Shown piece by piece: positions 44,839 through 54,725 of a stretch of 64,000 nt of DNA. Source of the DNA: an uncultured Planctomycetaceae bacterium. GTDB lineage: Bacteria; Planctomycetota; Planctomycetia; Planctomycetales; Planctomycetaceae. Under the pieces are notes generated by a model, which worked only from the letters and a program-made list of their open reading frames with translations, made no database searches and was not told the DNA's origin. The stretch's first letter is position 1; each line of letters opens with the position of its first letter. The stretch is from the NCBI GenBank assembly GCA_963815195.1, contig CAWFGE010000019.1:160001-224000 (forward strand), written 5' to 3'. The position numbers and the translations under genes were made by a program.

Positions 44839-44939
44839 AATAATTGTCCGATTTATTAGCCGCAGGGCGCTAGCCCCGGTTCATGGGAAGAACCGGACAC
44901 AAGCTACGCGCGTTCCGGCTGATAATTAGACAGTTATTT
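44839..44939. repeat. ~100-bp palindromic REP/MITE-like element
   Basis: Imperfect terminal inverted repeats AATAATTGTCCGATTTATTAGCCG / CGGCTGATAATTAGACAGTTATT around the REP-like core AGGGCGCTAGCCCCGG. A related core GGCGCTAGCCTCCGG occurs near 57967. Confidence 0.55.
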
Positions 44940-44978
44940 CTCGAATGGTGCTAAGCTAATAAGGCAGTTCGAGCAAAA

Positions 44979-45020
44979 GCAAAACCCGCGAAAGGCTCAT
45001 GGCCCTTCGCGGGTTTTTGC
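44979..45020. terminator. Bidirectional intrinsic terminator
   Basis: AAAACCCGCGAAAGG...CCCTTCGCGGGTTTTT between convergent genes. Confidence 0.85.
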
Positions 45021-45103
45021 ATTGAGATTGAAACCAAACAGCCAAGCCGCTCGTCTCTTCCCGGTTGCGGCCTATGCTCCTTTGTGGCCTTTGCCCCTTT
45101 CAA

Positions 45104-46863
45104 CTATTTCATCATGTCCTTCACAAAGCCCAGGAGGGGGCTGTTGAAGCCGCTGGGATCGTTCCAGGACCACATGGACCGCACGAGATCGAACATCATC
45201 ATCCCGCAGACGACCATCAACAGCGTGGAGAGCAGCAAGCCAACGAACGGGCCGGTGCCCCAATCGGCCTGGACGGGGGCGGGCATGGCTCCGGCGGCCA
45301 CGCCGGCGGGCGCTCCACGAAGTCCGGGTGGCTCGTGCCGGTGTCGAAATCGTCGTCGAAGTCGTCGGCCCCTTCATCGAACACGTCGAGATCGTCGAGT
45401 TCGTCGTCCTCGCCGACGACATCCTCCACCACGTCGAGGTCGTCTTCAAATCCGTCGGCTTCGTCGAATTCATCGGCTCCGAATTCGTCCCCGGAATCGA
45501 ATTCGTCGAAGGACTCGTCGAGATCGAACTCGTCCGCGTCTCCGGTCAGATCGAATTCTGCCGAGACGTCGCCCGATTTTTTGACGACCGTCGCCCCGCG
45601 GTCGTCCACTTCGTCCTCGTCGTCGAACATGATGACGTTGGTGCCGTCGTGGTCGCTGCCGGGGTTCATCGTGAGTTCAAACTCGCTGTCGTCCTCCATC
45701 GCGGGGACATCCATCGCCGTGTCGTCTCGGTCTTCGATGTTGGCCTTTTGCTTCATCATGGGGATGGTGCGGTCGTCGGCGTCGAGGGCGATGCCGCTGT
45801 CTTCGAAGCTTTCGAGGGCGATGCCGCTGTCGGCGGGGCTGAGTTCGATGCCGCTGTCTTCGGCGAGTCCGATGAAATCATCGGACTCGTCATCCATCAG
45901 CGAGATGCCGCTGTCGTCGAAGCCTTCGAGCGAGATGCCGCTGTCGTCGGTGGCGAGATGCAAATCGCTGTCGTCGTCCGCGCCGGCCCCGTTGTCGCGG
46001 CCTTTCGTGAGGCCGGAGTCGCTGCCGACTTTTTCCAAAGAGATGCCGCTGTCGGCCGCCAAGGTGATGCTGCTGCCGTCGCCCAGGGAGATGCCGCTTT
46101 CGTCCTCGTCAAAAACCGAGGCGTCGGTGCCGGCGACTTCGAGGGCGATTCCGCTGCCCGGGGGCGGAGGCACCAAGGTCACGTCGCTGTCGGAGTCCTC
46201 TTCCATATCCATCGCGGGCATGTCGTGTTCCGTCTTGGGCGGTTCGTCGTCCGGCACGAGCTGAACGTCGCTGTCGGAATCGTCGTCCATAATCCGCACG
46301 TCGCTGTCGCTGCCGCCCACGATCAACACGTCGCTGTCGCTGCCGCCCACGAGTTTCACGTCGCTTTCACTGCCGCCGACGAGTTTCACGTCGCTGTCGC
46401 TGCCGGGATCCGTCAGCCCCGCATCGACGAGCCGCACGTCGCTGTCGGAATTGCCCATCGAGAACAGATCCGAGCCGCCGATGTCCGTGAGCAGCTCGTT
46501 GGGAATCAATTGCACGTCGCTGTCGGAGGACATGCCCACCAGGAAGGGGTCGTCATCGTCGTCATCGTCGAGCGGATTGCTGCCCCGGATGACCGTCGGC
46601 TGCTCGCTGACGAGATCCTCTTCCTCCATCCCCAAAATCGAACTGCCGGCTTCGAGTTCCTCGTCCGTCAACAGCGGGACGTCGGGGTTCGAGTCGGCTT
46701 GCTGCGTGCGTTTGAGTTCTTCGATGTCGTCGGCTTTGAACTTCCAGGTTCCGCCGTCGGAAAACCCGCGAATCTCACCGCGCTCGCGGAGTTGTTTGAG
46801 TTCTTCGACCGAGACTCCGGCTTCGCGGGCCGCTTCCTCAAGACTTAAATACTTTTTGGCCAT
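45104..46863 (-). CDS. Helix-turn-helix (excisionase/HTH_17-like) protein with a long acidic repeat region and a C-terminal TM helix; frameshift near 45300
   Basis: N-terminus KYLSLEEAAREAGVSVEELKQLRERGEIRGFSDGGTWKF; repeated DSDV and DSGI motifs. The C-terminus lies in ORF 45104..45301 (FVGLLLSTLLMVVCGMMMFDLVRSMWSW). Confidence 0.8.
46297..46405 (-). repeat. 30-bp intragenic tandem repeat (GGSDSDVKLV-like units)
   Basis: CACGTCGCT(G/T)TC(G/A)CTGCCG starts at 46297, 46327, 46357 and 46387. Confidence 0.85.
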
Positions 46864-47208
46864 TGATTTCCGACTCCAGTTGTTGTGGGAATCCCGTCAG
46901 GCGCGAGAAAAGCAAGGGAGTGTTTTCGATGTATGGAAATGCCGGTGCAGTTTGACAAGATCGGCTCAAGAAACGAACCGCTTGATTGTCCGAGAATGGT
47001 GTGTCCATGCGGGGGAAAGGGGAAAAACCCTCTTCCCCGATAAGAATTCCTTCTCAATCCATTCTAAAGGCCAATGACGCGCTTGCAAGGGCTTTCCCAA
47101 TCCAAACAGGCCGAAACGACGGAAATGAAGGCATGATAACACCTTTAGGGAAACCACCCCCCGTTGTGCGAAATACAACGGAGACAAAGTTCCAGCGCCA
47201 CGTCGACA

Positions 47209-47272
47209 CGGCGGCATCTTGCCGCCGAAGATCGCTACGGAAAATGGCCGGCGGCTGGAAGCCACCACTACG
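47209..47272. repeat. REP-like pair
   Basis: Palindrome CGGCGGCATCTTGCCGCCG (47209-47227) plus CGGCGGCTGGAAGCCACCACTACG (47249-47272). Confidence 0.65.
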
Positions 47273-47402
47273 GAAATTGGCACCGCTTTCCGAGAAACAA
47301 GTCCCCAGTTTTTCTTTGATCGCCTGTTGAATTCGAACGGCGTTCTACGTTTGTCTTCCTGGGAACGGAGGAACCACACGTCAAAAGGCAAAGAGAACCC
47401 CC

Positions 47403-48713
47403 ATGTCCTTTCCATTCGGCTCCAGGATCATCATTCTCTGGCTCGCCATGCCCGGGTTGGCTTTGGCGGAACATCCCCGGCACGAATTGCCTTCGATTCA
47501 AACCCTCAAGACCTTCCTGGAAGATGGAATTGTCCGGCAAGCGGATCTGGATCAAATACTGGCCGCCGCGAAACAGGCTCGGCTCTTGCATTCCAAAAGT
47601 CCGATTCCGGATTACGCCCACGGATTGGTGCTCTTGAAGCGAGACGAGTTGGCGAGGGCTCTGGATTGTTTTGAAGCCTCGCTCAAGCGCGACCCCACGT
47701 ATTTGCCGGCGTGGAGAGCCAGGCTCCGCACGCGGTTGCTTCGCGGGCAAACCGACTCCTTCCGGGCGGAATGCCTGTCGCTGGCCGAAATCGTCGGCGA
47801 CGATGCGATGCCTTGGGAGAGCGAAGACCGTCACGAAGCCGCCGCCTGGCTGGGCCGGATTGCGGGGTTTCTGTCGCTCCCGGAAGTGGAACTCATGCCG
47901 GCGAATTCGCGGGATTATTTCGAATGGATGTTGACCTCGGCCTTTGGAAAGTCGCAGCAATCCGGCGACGCCAATTCCTATTATGCCGCCGGCCGGCAGA
48001 CTCTGTTGGAAGATTATGAGCATTTCAAAAAAATCCTTAAGGAAGAGCTTGACGCAAAACTTCATCAGCAGGAAAGCCACCTGGCCGAACTGGAATTTCG
48101 CCGGCGGGAACTCGAGCAAAGGGCCGAGTCGCTGGAGCGAATCGCGGAGCAGTTGAAAAACCGGCTGGCCGACCGCCGGGAAGACGCCGCCCGGGAGTTG
48201 AAAACGCTGGGCAAGGGCTACGATGCCTTAAATCAGACCAGATGGCGGGTCCTACAACTCATGCGGCAAACCCAACAGGATGTGGTGCGATTGCATCTCG
48301 AACTGGCCACACGAGGCATCTTCGGGCTTGAAGCCGAGCGTCAGCCGGTGATGCTTCAACTCCGGCAGGAGCTTCTCAAATATCGCAATCAGTATCTCGT
48401 GCTCCAATGGCAAGGAGCGAACGTGCAAACACAGGGCCGGCGAATCGTCGCGGACCGCGCGGACGCGGCTCGCCGATACGAACTGGTCAAGAAACGAATC
48501 GGACATCAGATCGAGACGGTCAATCGGCGTCAACAACGATTTCAAACGGAATCGGAAAAAATCCAGGACGAGAGTCAAATCCTGTCGGAAACCTCTTTGC
48601 AGCAACAACTCTCCGATGCGTCCCGCTATTTGGAACTCGACGAACAGGCCGAGCTCGCACGGTTCATCGAACAAGCCGGCCGTCAACAGGCAACACTCGG
48701 TTTCTCCCATTGA
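47403..48713 (+). CDS. Secreted TPR + coiled-coil hypothetical protein
   Basis: Signal peptide; TPR-like YAHGLVLLKRDELARALDCFEASLKRDP; long Q/E/R/L heptad region. Confidence 0.7.
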   Translation: MSFPFGSRIIILWLAMPGLALAEHPRHELPSIQTLKTFLEDGIVRQADLDQILAAAKQARLLHSKSPIPDYAHGLVLLKRDELARALDCFEASLKRDPTYLPAWRARLRTRLLRGQTDSFRAECLSLAEIVGDDAMPWESEDRHEAAAWLGRIAGFLSLPEVELMPANSRDYFEWMLTSAFGKSQQSGDANSYYAAGRQTLLEDYEHFKKILKEELDAKLHQQESHLAELEFRRRELEQRAESLERIAEQLKNRLADRREDAARELKTLGKGYDALNQTRWRVLQLMRQTQQDVVRLHLELATRGIFGLEAERQPVMLQLRQELLKYRNQYLVLQWQGANVQTQGRRIVADRADAARRYELVKKRIGHQIETVNRRQQRFQTESEKIQDESQILSETSLQQQLSDASRYLELDEQAELARFIEQAGRQQATLGFSH

Positions 48714-48743
48714 ATCTCACACGAATACAAGGAACCCACTCCG

Positions 48744-50598
48744 ATGAAGAAACACTCCCTGTTGCTAACGGCCGGTGCCGCGATCACGTTGGCGTTCGCG
48801 CTGGCGGCGAATGCCGACCGTTCCGGTCATGACAATCCGCCGGAGTCCCTGTTGGAAAAAGCCGCCCAGGCGGAAGTCCAAGGTTCTTCCGAAACTCGCG
48901 ATCGGTTGTTGAACTCGATCGTCAGCGATGCGCCCCACGATCCTCAGGCGCTGGCAGTTGGGCCAGATCCGGCGGGACGGCCAATGGATCCGTTTTTCCG
49001 AACTGGCCGATCAACTCAGACACGACAAAGCCCTCGACGAATACCGCGAGGTTCGCGAGAAATACGGCGCGACCTCCCGCGAGCAGTTGGATTTGGCCGA
49101 CTGGTGCCGATCGAATCACCTGCCGGAACGAGAACGCGCCCATTTGACCGCCGCCTTGGAACTGTCGGACAATCCCGACGACCCCGCATTGCGGGCAAGG
49201 TTGGGATTTCGGCAGGTCAACGGCCGTTGGCGGACCCAAGCGGGTTTGGAGGAACTTCAGCAAACCCGCACGGAGCACCAAAAAAACCTCAGGACATGGA
49301 GGCCCAAAATCCAACGACTGTCCGCCCAACTCGACAGCTCGCGAACGGCGATTCGACAAAAGGCCCAGGCGGAGCTGAAAGCGATCTCGGACCGGGCGGC
49401 ATTGCCGGCCTTGGAAGCCGTGCTGGGCCACGGGGACTTGGAATCGGGCCGGCTGCTGGTGGAGTTGTTGGGGAAATTTCGTTCCCACCAGGCGGCCGAT
49501 GTCTTGGGGCGGGTCGCCGTACTTTCGCCTTGGGACGTTGTTCGGCAAGAAGCCGGGAAACAGTTGCGTTCCCGTCCCTACGGAGCCTACGTTCCGCAAC
49601 TCTTGGCCTCGCTGAGCACGCCGGTGGCCGTGAAGACTCAATTGCTGGTGAATGCCAACGGCGTGCAATTGTCGGAGGAGTTTACGCGGGAGACGCAATC
49701 GGCCCGCCAGGTGCTCGACCGTCGCGGCAGAAAATACATTGTTCCCGTGAATCAGGGAGGAACTTCGTCGATCCTGGGATTGATCCGCGACAGGCGCCGC
49801 CTGGACCGAGCCGCCGCCAATGCCGCGCTGGAAGCCCAACTGCAAGCGGCGGCCTCCGAGAGCGCCGTCGATGCGCAGAACGGAAGGATCGACGCTTTGA
49901 ACGACCGCGTCTGCGAAGCGCTCGCATCTTCCACGGGGGTCGGGCTGCCGGCCGATCCCACGGAGTGGTGGAAATGGTGGAACGACTACAACCAACTCAC
50001 AACGGAGGACAAGGCCTACCAGCACGTCCAATTTCAAAACGCCGCCGTGGAAATGGTGCCGGTCGGCACGCCGACCGCTTCGCAGGGCAGCGGCTCCGAT
50101 TTCGGGTCCAGCTCCAATTCCGGATCGGGCTCCGCGACTCCGCCCCGCGAGTGCCTGGTGGCGGGAACGGCGATCTGGACCGACCGGGGCTCCATGCCCG
50201 TGGAAGCGGTTCAGGTGGGGGATCTCGTGCTGGCCAAAAATCCGGAAACGGGAGAGTTGGACTATCATCCCGTATTGCGGACGACCGTTCGCGAAGCCGA
50301 GCCGGTGATGAAAGTCACCACGCCCGGCCGTTTTCTCCGGGCCACGGGCGGACATACGTTTTGGATCTCCGGCCAAGGCTGGACGAAACTCCGCGACGTG
50401 AAACCGGGACAGCGATTCCACACCGCCACCGGTCCGGTCGAGATTCAAGAGTTGGAGAATGACGGGACCGAAAAGACTTACAACCTCCTCGTCGCCGATG
50501 TCCACACCTACTTCGCGGGCGAGGATTTGATTCTCAGCCACGATGTCACCGTGACCCGGCCCGTTGATGCCCAGGTCCCCGGCGTCCTGCTCGATTAG
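48744..50598 (+). CDS. Secreted protein with helical/HEAT region and a C-terminal polymorphic-toxin-type HINT domain; frameshift near 48950
   Basis: N-terminal MKKHSLLLTAGAAITLAFALAA joins ORF 48928. HINT domain ECLVAGTAIWTDRGSMPVEAVQVGDLVLA...TYNLLVADVHTYFAG...LSHD. Confidence 0.85.
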
Positions 50599-50662
50599 CC
50601 GCAAGCACGCCGGCGAGCCAACGGCGACAGCCGCGAACGGACCGGGCTTAAGAAATCCCCCC

Positions 50663-50736
50663 AAGACCCAAGCCCTGAAACAGCGAAACAAGCCTCGGAA
50701 AATGGCTTGCTTCGCTGTTTCAGGGCTTGGGTTCTT
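50663..50736. terminator. Long (~30-bp stem) inverted repeat, probable terminator
   Basis: ACCCAAGCCCTGAAACAGCGAAACAAGCC...GGCTTGCTTCGCTGTTTCAGGGCTTGGGT followed by TCTTTT. Confidence 0.7.
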
Positions 50737-50768
50737 TTCTGTCCGTCCCGCACGCGCCTTTTTTTAAT

Positions 50769-50803
50769 TGTCTATTGACATAGTGAAATAGTACAACAAT
50801 AAT
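50769..50803 (+). promoter_or_regulatory. Sigma70-type promoter with a candidate GntR/YtrA operator
   Basis: TTGACA (50775-50780)-N17-AATAAT (50798-50803), overlapped by the imperfect inverted repeat TGTCTATT...AATAGTACA. Confidence 0.65.
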
Positions 50804-50847
50804 ATGATTGTTTCGATTCTCTTTGTCGGAAGGATTTCGTCCGCGGC

Positions 50848-51252
50848 ATGTCCCTCACGGTTCAGCTCAACAAGGAAAACGGCATTCCGCTGTATGTGCA
50901 GTTGGAGGAGCAGATCCGGCTGCTCGTGCATCGGGGCGAACTCGTGGCCGGGGATTTGATGCCCACCGTCCGCGAACTCGCGGTGCAACTGGAAATCAAC
51001 AGCAACACCGTCGCGAGAGTCTATCGCGACTTGCAGCAGGACGGGATTTTGACGCTTCGCCGCGGAGTCGGCACGTTTGTTTCGCGGGACGCGAAAATCG
51101 AACCTTTGCCCCGGCGGGACCTGAAGATCCTGGAAAAGCAGGCGGACGCGCTGATCGCCACCGGCCTCCGCATGCAATTGACGCCGGTGGAATTACTTCA
51201 ACTCATCGAAACCCGCTGGAAGGAGAACGCCGATGTTCACGGGAAGCAATAA
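50848..51252 (+). CDS. GntR family transcriptional regulator, YtrA subfamily
   Basis: 134 aa; PLYVQLEEQI, GDLMPTVRELA, NSNTVARVYRDL, RRGVGTFV. Confidence 0.92.
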   Translation: MSLTVQLNKENGIPLYVQLEEQIRLLVHRGELVAGDLMPTVRELAVQLEINSNTVARVYRDLQQDGILTLRRGVGTFVSRDAKIEPLPRRDLKILEKQADALIATGLRMQLTPVELLQLIETRWKENADVHGKQ

Positions 51253-52099
51253 CGTGATTGCCTGGACTTTGCTGCTGCTCACCGGCCTGGGGTCGGCTTT
51301 GGCTTACGAACAAGGCGTCCCGCCGGCATTTGTCGCCGGCGGCGCCTTCGCGGGCGTGCTCCTCAGTCTTTCCCCTCGAATCGTCAAGGAATGGGAGCGG
51401 GGCGTGCTCTTGCGGCTGGGCAAGTTCCGCCATGTGCTCCCGCCAGGGATTTCCTGGATCGTGCCCGGCGTGGATGCGATTGCATCCCGCGTGGACATGC
51501 GGATTCGCTCGACCACGTTCTCGGCGGAAAAAACGCTCACGCGGGACACGGTCCCGGTCAACGTCGATGCCGTGATGTTCTGGGTCGTGACCGATGCCCG
51601 CCGGGCGATTCTGGAAGTGGAGGAATACGCGAAGACCGTGGGCTGGGCGGCCCAGACGACATTGCGGGACATCATCGGCAAGGCCGATCTGGTCCGGATG
51701 ATTTCCGACCGCGAAAACCTCGATGTGGAACTCCAGCGGGTGATCGACGCGAAGACGAGCGAGTGGGGCATCACAGTGCAGTCGGTGGAGATTCGGGACG
51801 TGCGGATTCCGCCCGGCCTGGAAGATGCGATGAGCCGCAAGGCCCAAGCCGACCGCGAAAAAGAGGCCCGCGTGATCCTCGCGGAGTCCGAGCTGTTGAT
51901 CGCCGAGCAGATGCGGCAGGCGTCGGAAGTTTACAGCAAAAATCCCGTCGCCATGAGGCTTAGGGCCATGAACATGACGTACGAATCGATCAAGGAACGC
52001 GGGGCGCTGATGGTCGTCCCCAGCGGCATGGCGGATTCCATCAACCCCGGCATCATCGGCATGGCGGCCGCGGGATTCCGGCAGAACGGAGAGGACTAA
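51233..52099 (+). CDS. SPFH/band 7 (stomatin/slipin) family protein
   Basis: Two N-terminal hydrophobic segments; EWERGVLLRLG, LTRDTVPVNVDAV, AQTTLRDIIG, WGITVQSVEIRDV, AQADREKEAR. Confidence 0.92.
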   Translation: MFTGSNNVIAWTLLLLTGLGSALAYEQGVPPAFVAGGAFAGVLLSLSPRIVKEWERGVLLRLGKFRHVLPPGISWIVPGVDAIASRVDMRIRSTTFSAEKTLTRDTVPVNVDAVMFWVVTDARRAILEVEEYAKTVGWAAQTTLRDIIGKADLVRMISDRENLDVELQRVIDAKTSEWGITVQSVEIRDVRIPPGLEDAMSRKAQADREKEARVILAESELLIAEQMRQASEVYSKNPVAMRLRAMNMTYESIKERGALMVVPSGMADSINPGIIGMAAAGFRQNGED

Positions 52100-52680
52100 A
52101 TGGACCGCTGGATTCTCGTCCGATCCAAACGCCTGCACGACCGCCGGGTCGTCACGCCGGAACGAACCGTCGATCGGGCCACGCTGATTCCATTCTTCGA
52201 TCGCGAAGGCCGGAGCCAGTCGTTCCTGCTCGTCGATCCCGCATCCTCCGAACTGTTCCTCGGCGCTGGGCGGAATCGGTCCGCGTCCCGTTGTGGGGAC
52301 CGATCCGCATCAAAGACCCTTTGGAAATCCTGGCGGACGACAACATCGAAAACCTTTTGCCGCTTTGGCATTACGATCCTTGGTGGCTGCTGAGAGAACC
52401 CCGTTACGAAGATAACGAATTGGCGGCCGTGCTTCCCGGCACGAACTGCGTCAGCGACCTGGCCGCGGGCACCCAGAGCCTGCTGTTTTCCGGAAACCTC
52501 TTGCGGGTTCGCTGGGTAACTACGAAAACAAAGGATGGATGCCGGACCGACCGCTTTCGATCCTCGATGCTCCCCGAATACAATCGAGTCCCGCGAAGGG
52601 AAACAGGGACGCGGCGGACCGGCTGGCAGTTGGCCCCGTTTTGGGAATCTTCCGGGCGGAATTCTCGTGAACCGTTTTGA
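52100..52680 (+). CDS. Hypothetical protein, probably one gene split by a frameshift near 52290
   Basis: ATG immediately follows the SPFH stop, with GGAGAGG upstream. ORFs 52100..52393 and 52291..52680 overlap in different frames. Confidence 0.5.
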
Positions 52681-52749
52681 AATGTGCCGCGTTAACAAAG
52701 ACCACAGTCCGAGTGCAAACCAATCACTCTCTCAGGAAAGGATAACACG

Positions 52750-54631
52750 ATGCTTACGAGACATGTTCTGCGATTGATGTTGCTGGCCGTCCTTGCGGTG
52801 ACATGGATGCAAAGCCCCATTGTCTTCGCCCAAGCCGACGCGAAGGCGGAAGACAAAAAAGAAGCGAAACAGGAAAAGAAGACCCCCACGAAAGTCGTGG
52901 TGCCGGTGTTTTCGCTGTCGTCGTCGATCACGGAAAAGCCCGCGGCGGAGGAGCTGATGTTCGCCACGAGCGGGAAGCCGGAATCGTTTTTGTCCTTTAC
53001 CGAACGATTGCGGAAAGCGGTCGATGACGATGAGGTGAAGGGTGTCGTCTTCCTTTCGGGCCATGCGAGCTTCGGGATCGCCCAGACCGAGGAATTGCAT
53101 CAGATCATGGCCGATCTCAAGAAGGCCGGCAAAAAGATCTACGCCCACGCCGACGACCTGGACACCAGGCGGTTTGTGCTCTTTTCCGGGGCGACGCATT
53201 TGGCGGTGTCTCCCACCGGGCATCTGTTTGTGACGGGAATCTACGGCGAGCAGCTTTATCTGCGGGGCTTGTTCGACCGCATTCGCGTCAAGCCGGATTT
53301 CCTTACTTGCGGAGCGTATAAAAGCGCTGCCGAGATGTTCATGCGAAAATCCGCCTCGCCCGAAGCCAAGGAAATGTACGGCTGGCTTTACGATGGGCTT
53401 TACGATTCTTACCTCACCGCGATCGCCGACGGCCGCGGCGTGAAGAAAGCCAAGGCCCGCGAGTGGATCGATCAGGGTTTGTACTCCGCCGAGTCCGCGA
53501 CCAAAGCCGGCTTGATCGATGCCGCCGAGTACCCGCAAGACTTCGAAGCCCGCATCCGCAAGGACCTGGGCGAAGGCATGGAGTTCGATCATCGTTACGG
53601 CAAGAAAAAGAAGAAGGAGATCGACCTCTCCAACCCGTTCGCGGCCCTGCAAATTTGGGCGGAACTGCTCAGCGGGGGGAAGAAAGCGGAGTCCACCAAA
53701 AACGCGGTCGCGGTGGTTTATGTGGAAGGCGCGATCATGCCCGGCAAAGGCACGCCGTCGCTGTTCGGCGATTCCGAAGCGGCGTACAGCGATCCCATCC
53801 GCAAGGCCTTGGACAAGGTCGCGGACGACAAATCGATCAAAGCGGTCGTGCTGCGGGTGGATTCGCCCGGCGGATCCGTCGTCGCCAGCGAACTGATTCT
53901 CAATGCGACCCAGCGGGTGAAAAAGAACAAGCCGCTGATCGTTTCGATGGGCAACGTCGCCGGCAGCGGGGGTTATTATGTCTCCTGCGGCACGGACACG
54001 ATCTTCGCCGAGCCGGGCACGATCACCGGGTCCATCGGCGTCCTCACGGGCAAGCTTGCGACGCAACAGATGTGGGACCAGATCGGCATCAACTTCGAGC
54101 CGCGGGCCCGCGGCAAACGGCGCCGCCTTGCTCAGCTCCGCGTCGACCTTTACCGACGAGGAGCGGGCCGACCTGCAAAAATGGATGGACGAAGTTTACG
54201 AAGACTTCAAAGACCACGTGCTCGCGGTCCGCAAAGATCGGCTCACGAAACCGTTGGACGAACTCGCCGAGGGCCGGGTCTTCACCGGCAAGCAGGCTCT
54301 GGAATATGGCCTGGTCGACAAGCTCGGCGGCCTGAACGATGCGATCAAATTCGCCGCGAAACAAGCCAAGGTGGAAGATTACGAAGTCCGCGTCGTGCCC
54401 GAAACCAAGAGCTTTTTTGAAATCCTGGCGGAGGATTTGAGCGGCGAGACCAAAGAGAGCGACAAGCACCTGCGCCTGGGTGCGGGTGGCTCCCTGTGGG
54501 ACGCCGTGCTGCCGATGCTCAAAGGCCTCGACCCCCACCGCGTCCGCGCGGTCCACCGAGCCATCCAGCAACTCGAGATCATCCAGCAAGAGCGGATGTC
54601 GCTCTCGATGCCGATCCTCAATTTGGAATAG
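52750..54631 (+). CDS. sppA: Signal peptide peptidase SppA (protease IV, two-domain S49 type); frameshift near 54115
   Basis: GAYKSAAE (Lys), LRVDSPGGS, VSMGNVAGSGGYY (Ser), TITGSIGV, GRVFTGKQA, GLVDKLGG. Confidence 0.88.
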
Positions 54632-54651
54632 CGGCGGGCGACGACGGCTTC

Positions 54652-54691
54652 GAAATCCAGGCGAAGCGCCGCGGCGCTTCGCCTGGATTTC
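54652..54691. terminator. Perfect 40-bp palindrome between convergent genes
   Basis: GAAATCCAGGCGAAGCGCCG|CGGCGCTTCGCCTGGATTTC followed by TTGTTTT. Confidence 0.75.
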
Positions 54692-54725
54692 TTGTTTTGC
54701 GCCTTCCGAGGCAATCGAACGAGGG

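Noticed and set aside
45780..46405. CRISPR-like 30-bp periodic repeats
   Set aside because: The repeats are in-frame coding units without unique spacers, and no cas genes are present.
46864..47402. tRNA or other structured ncRNA in the long divergent intergenic region
   Set aside because: Only REP-like palindromes were recognisable; I saw no cloverleaf or known RNA motif.
48744..50598. Polymorphic toxin-immunity locus or true intein
   Set aside because: There is no toxin domain after the HINT, no immunity ORF, and no terminal Asn plus nucleophile for splicing.
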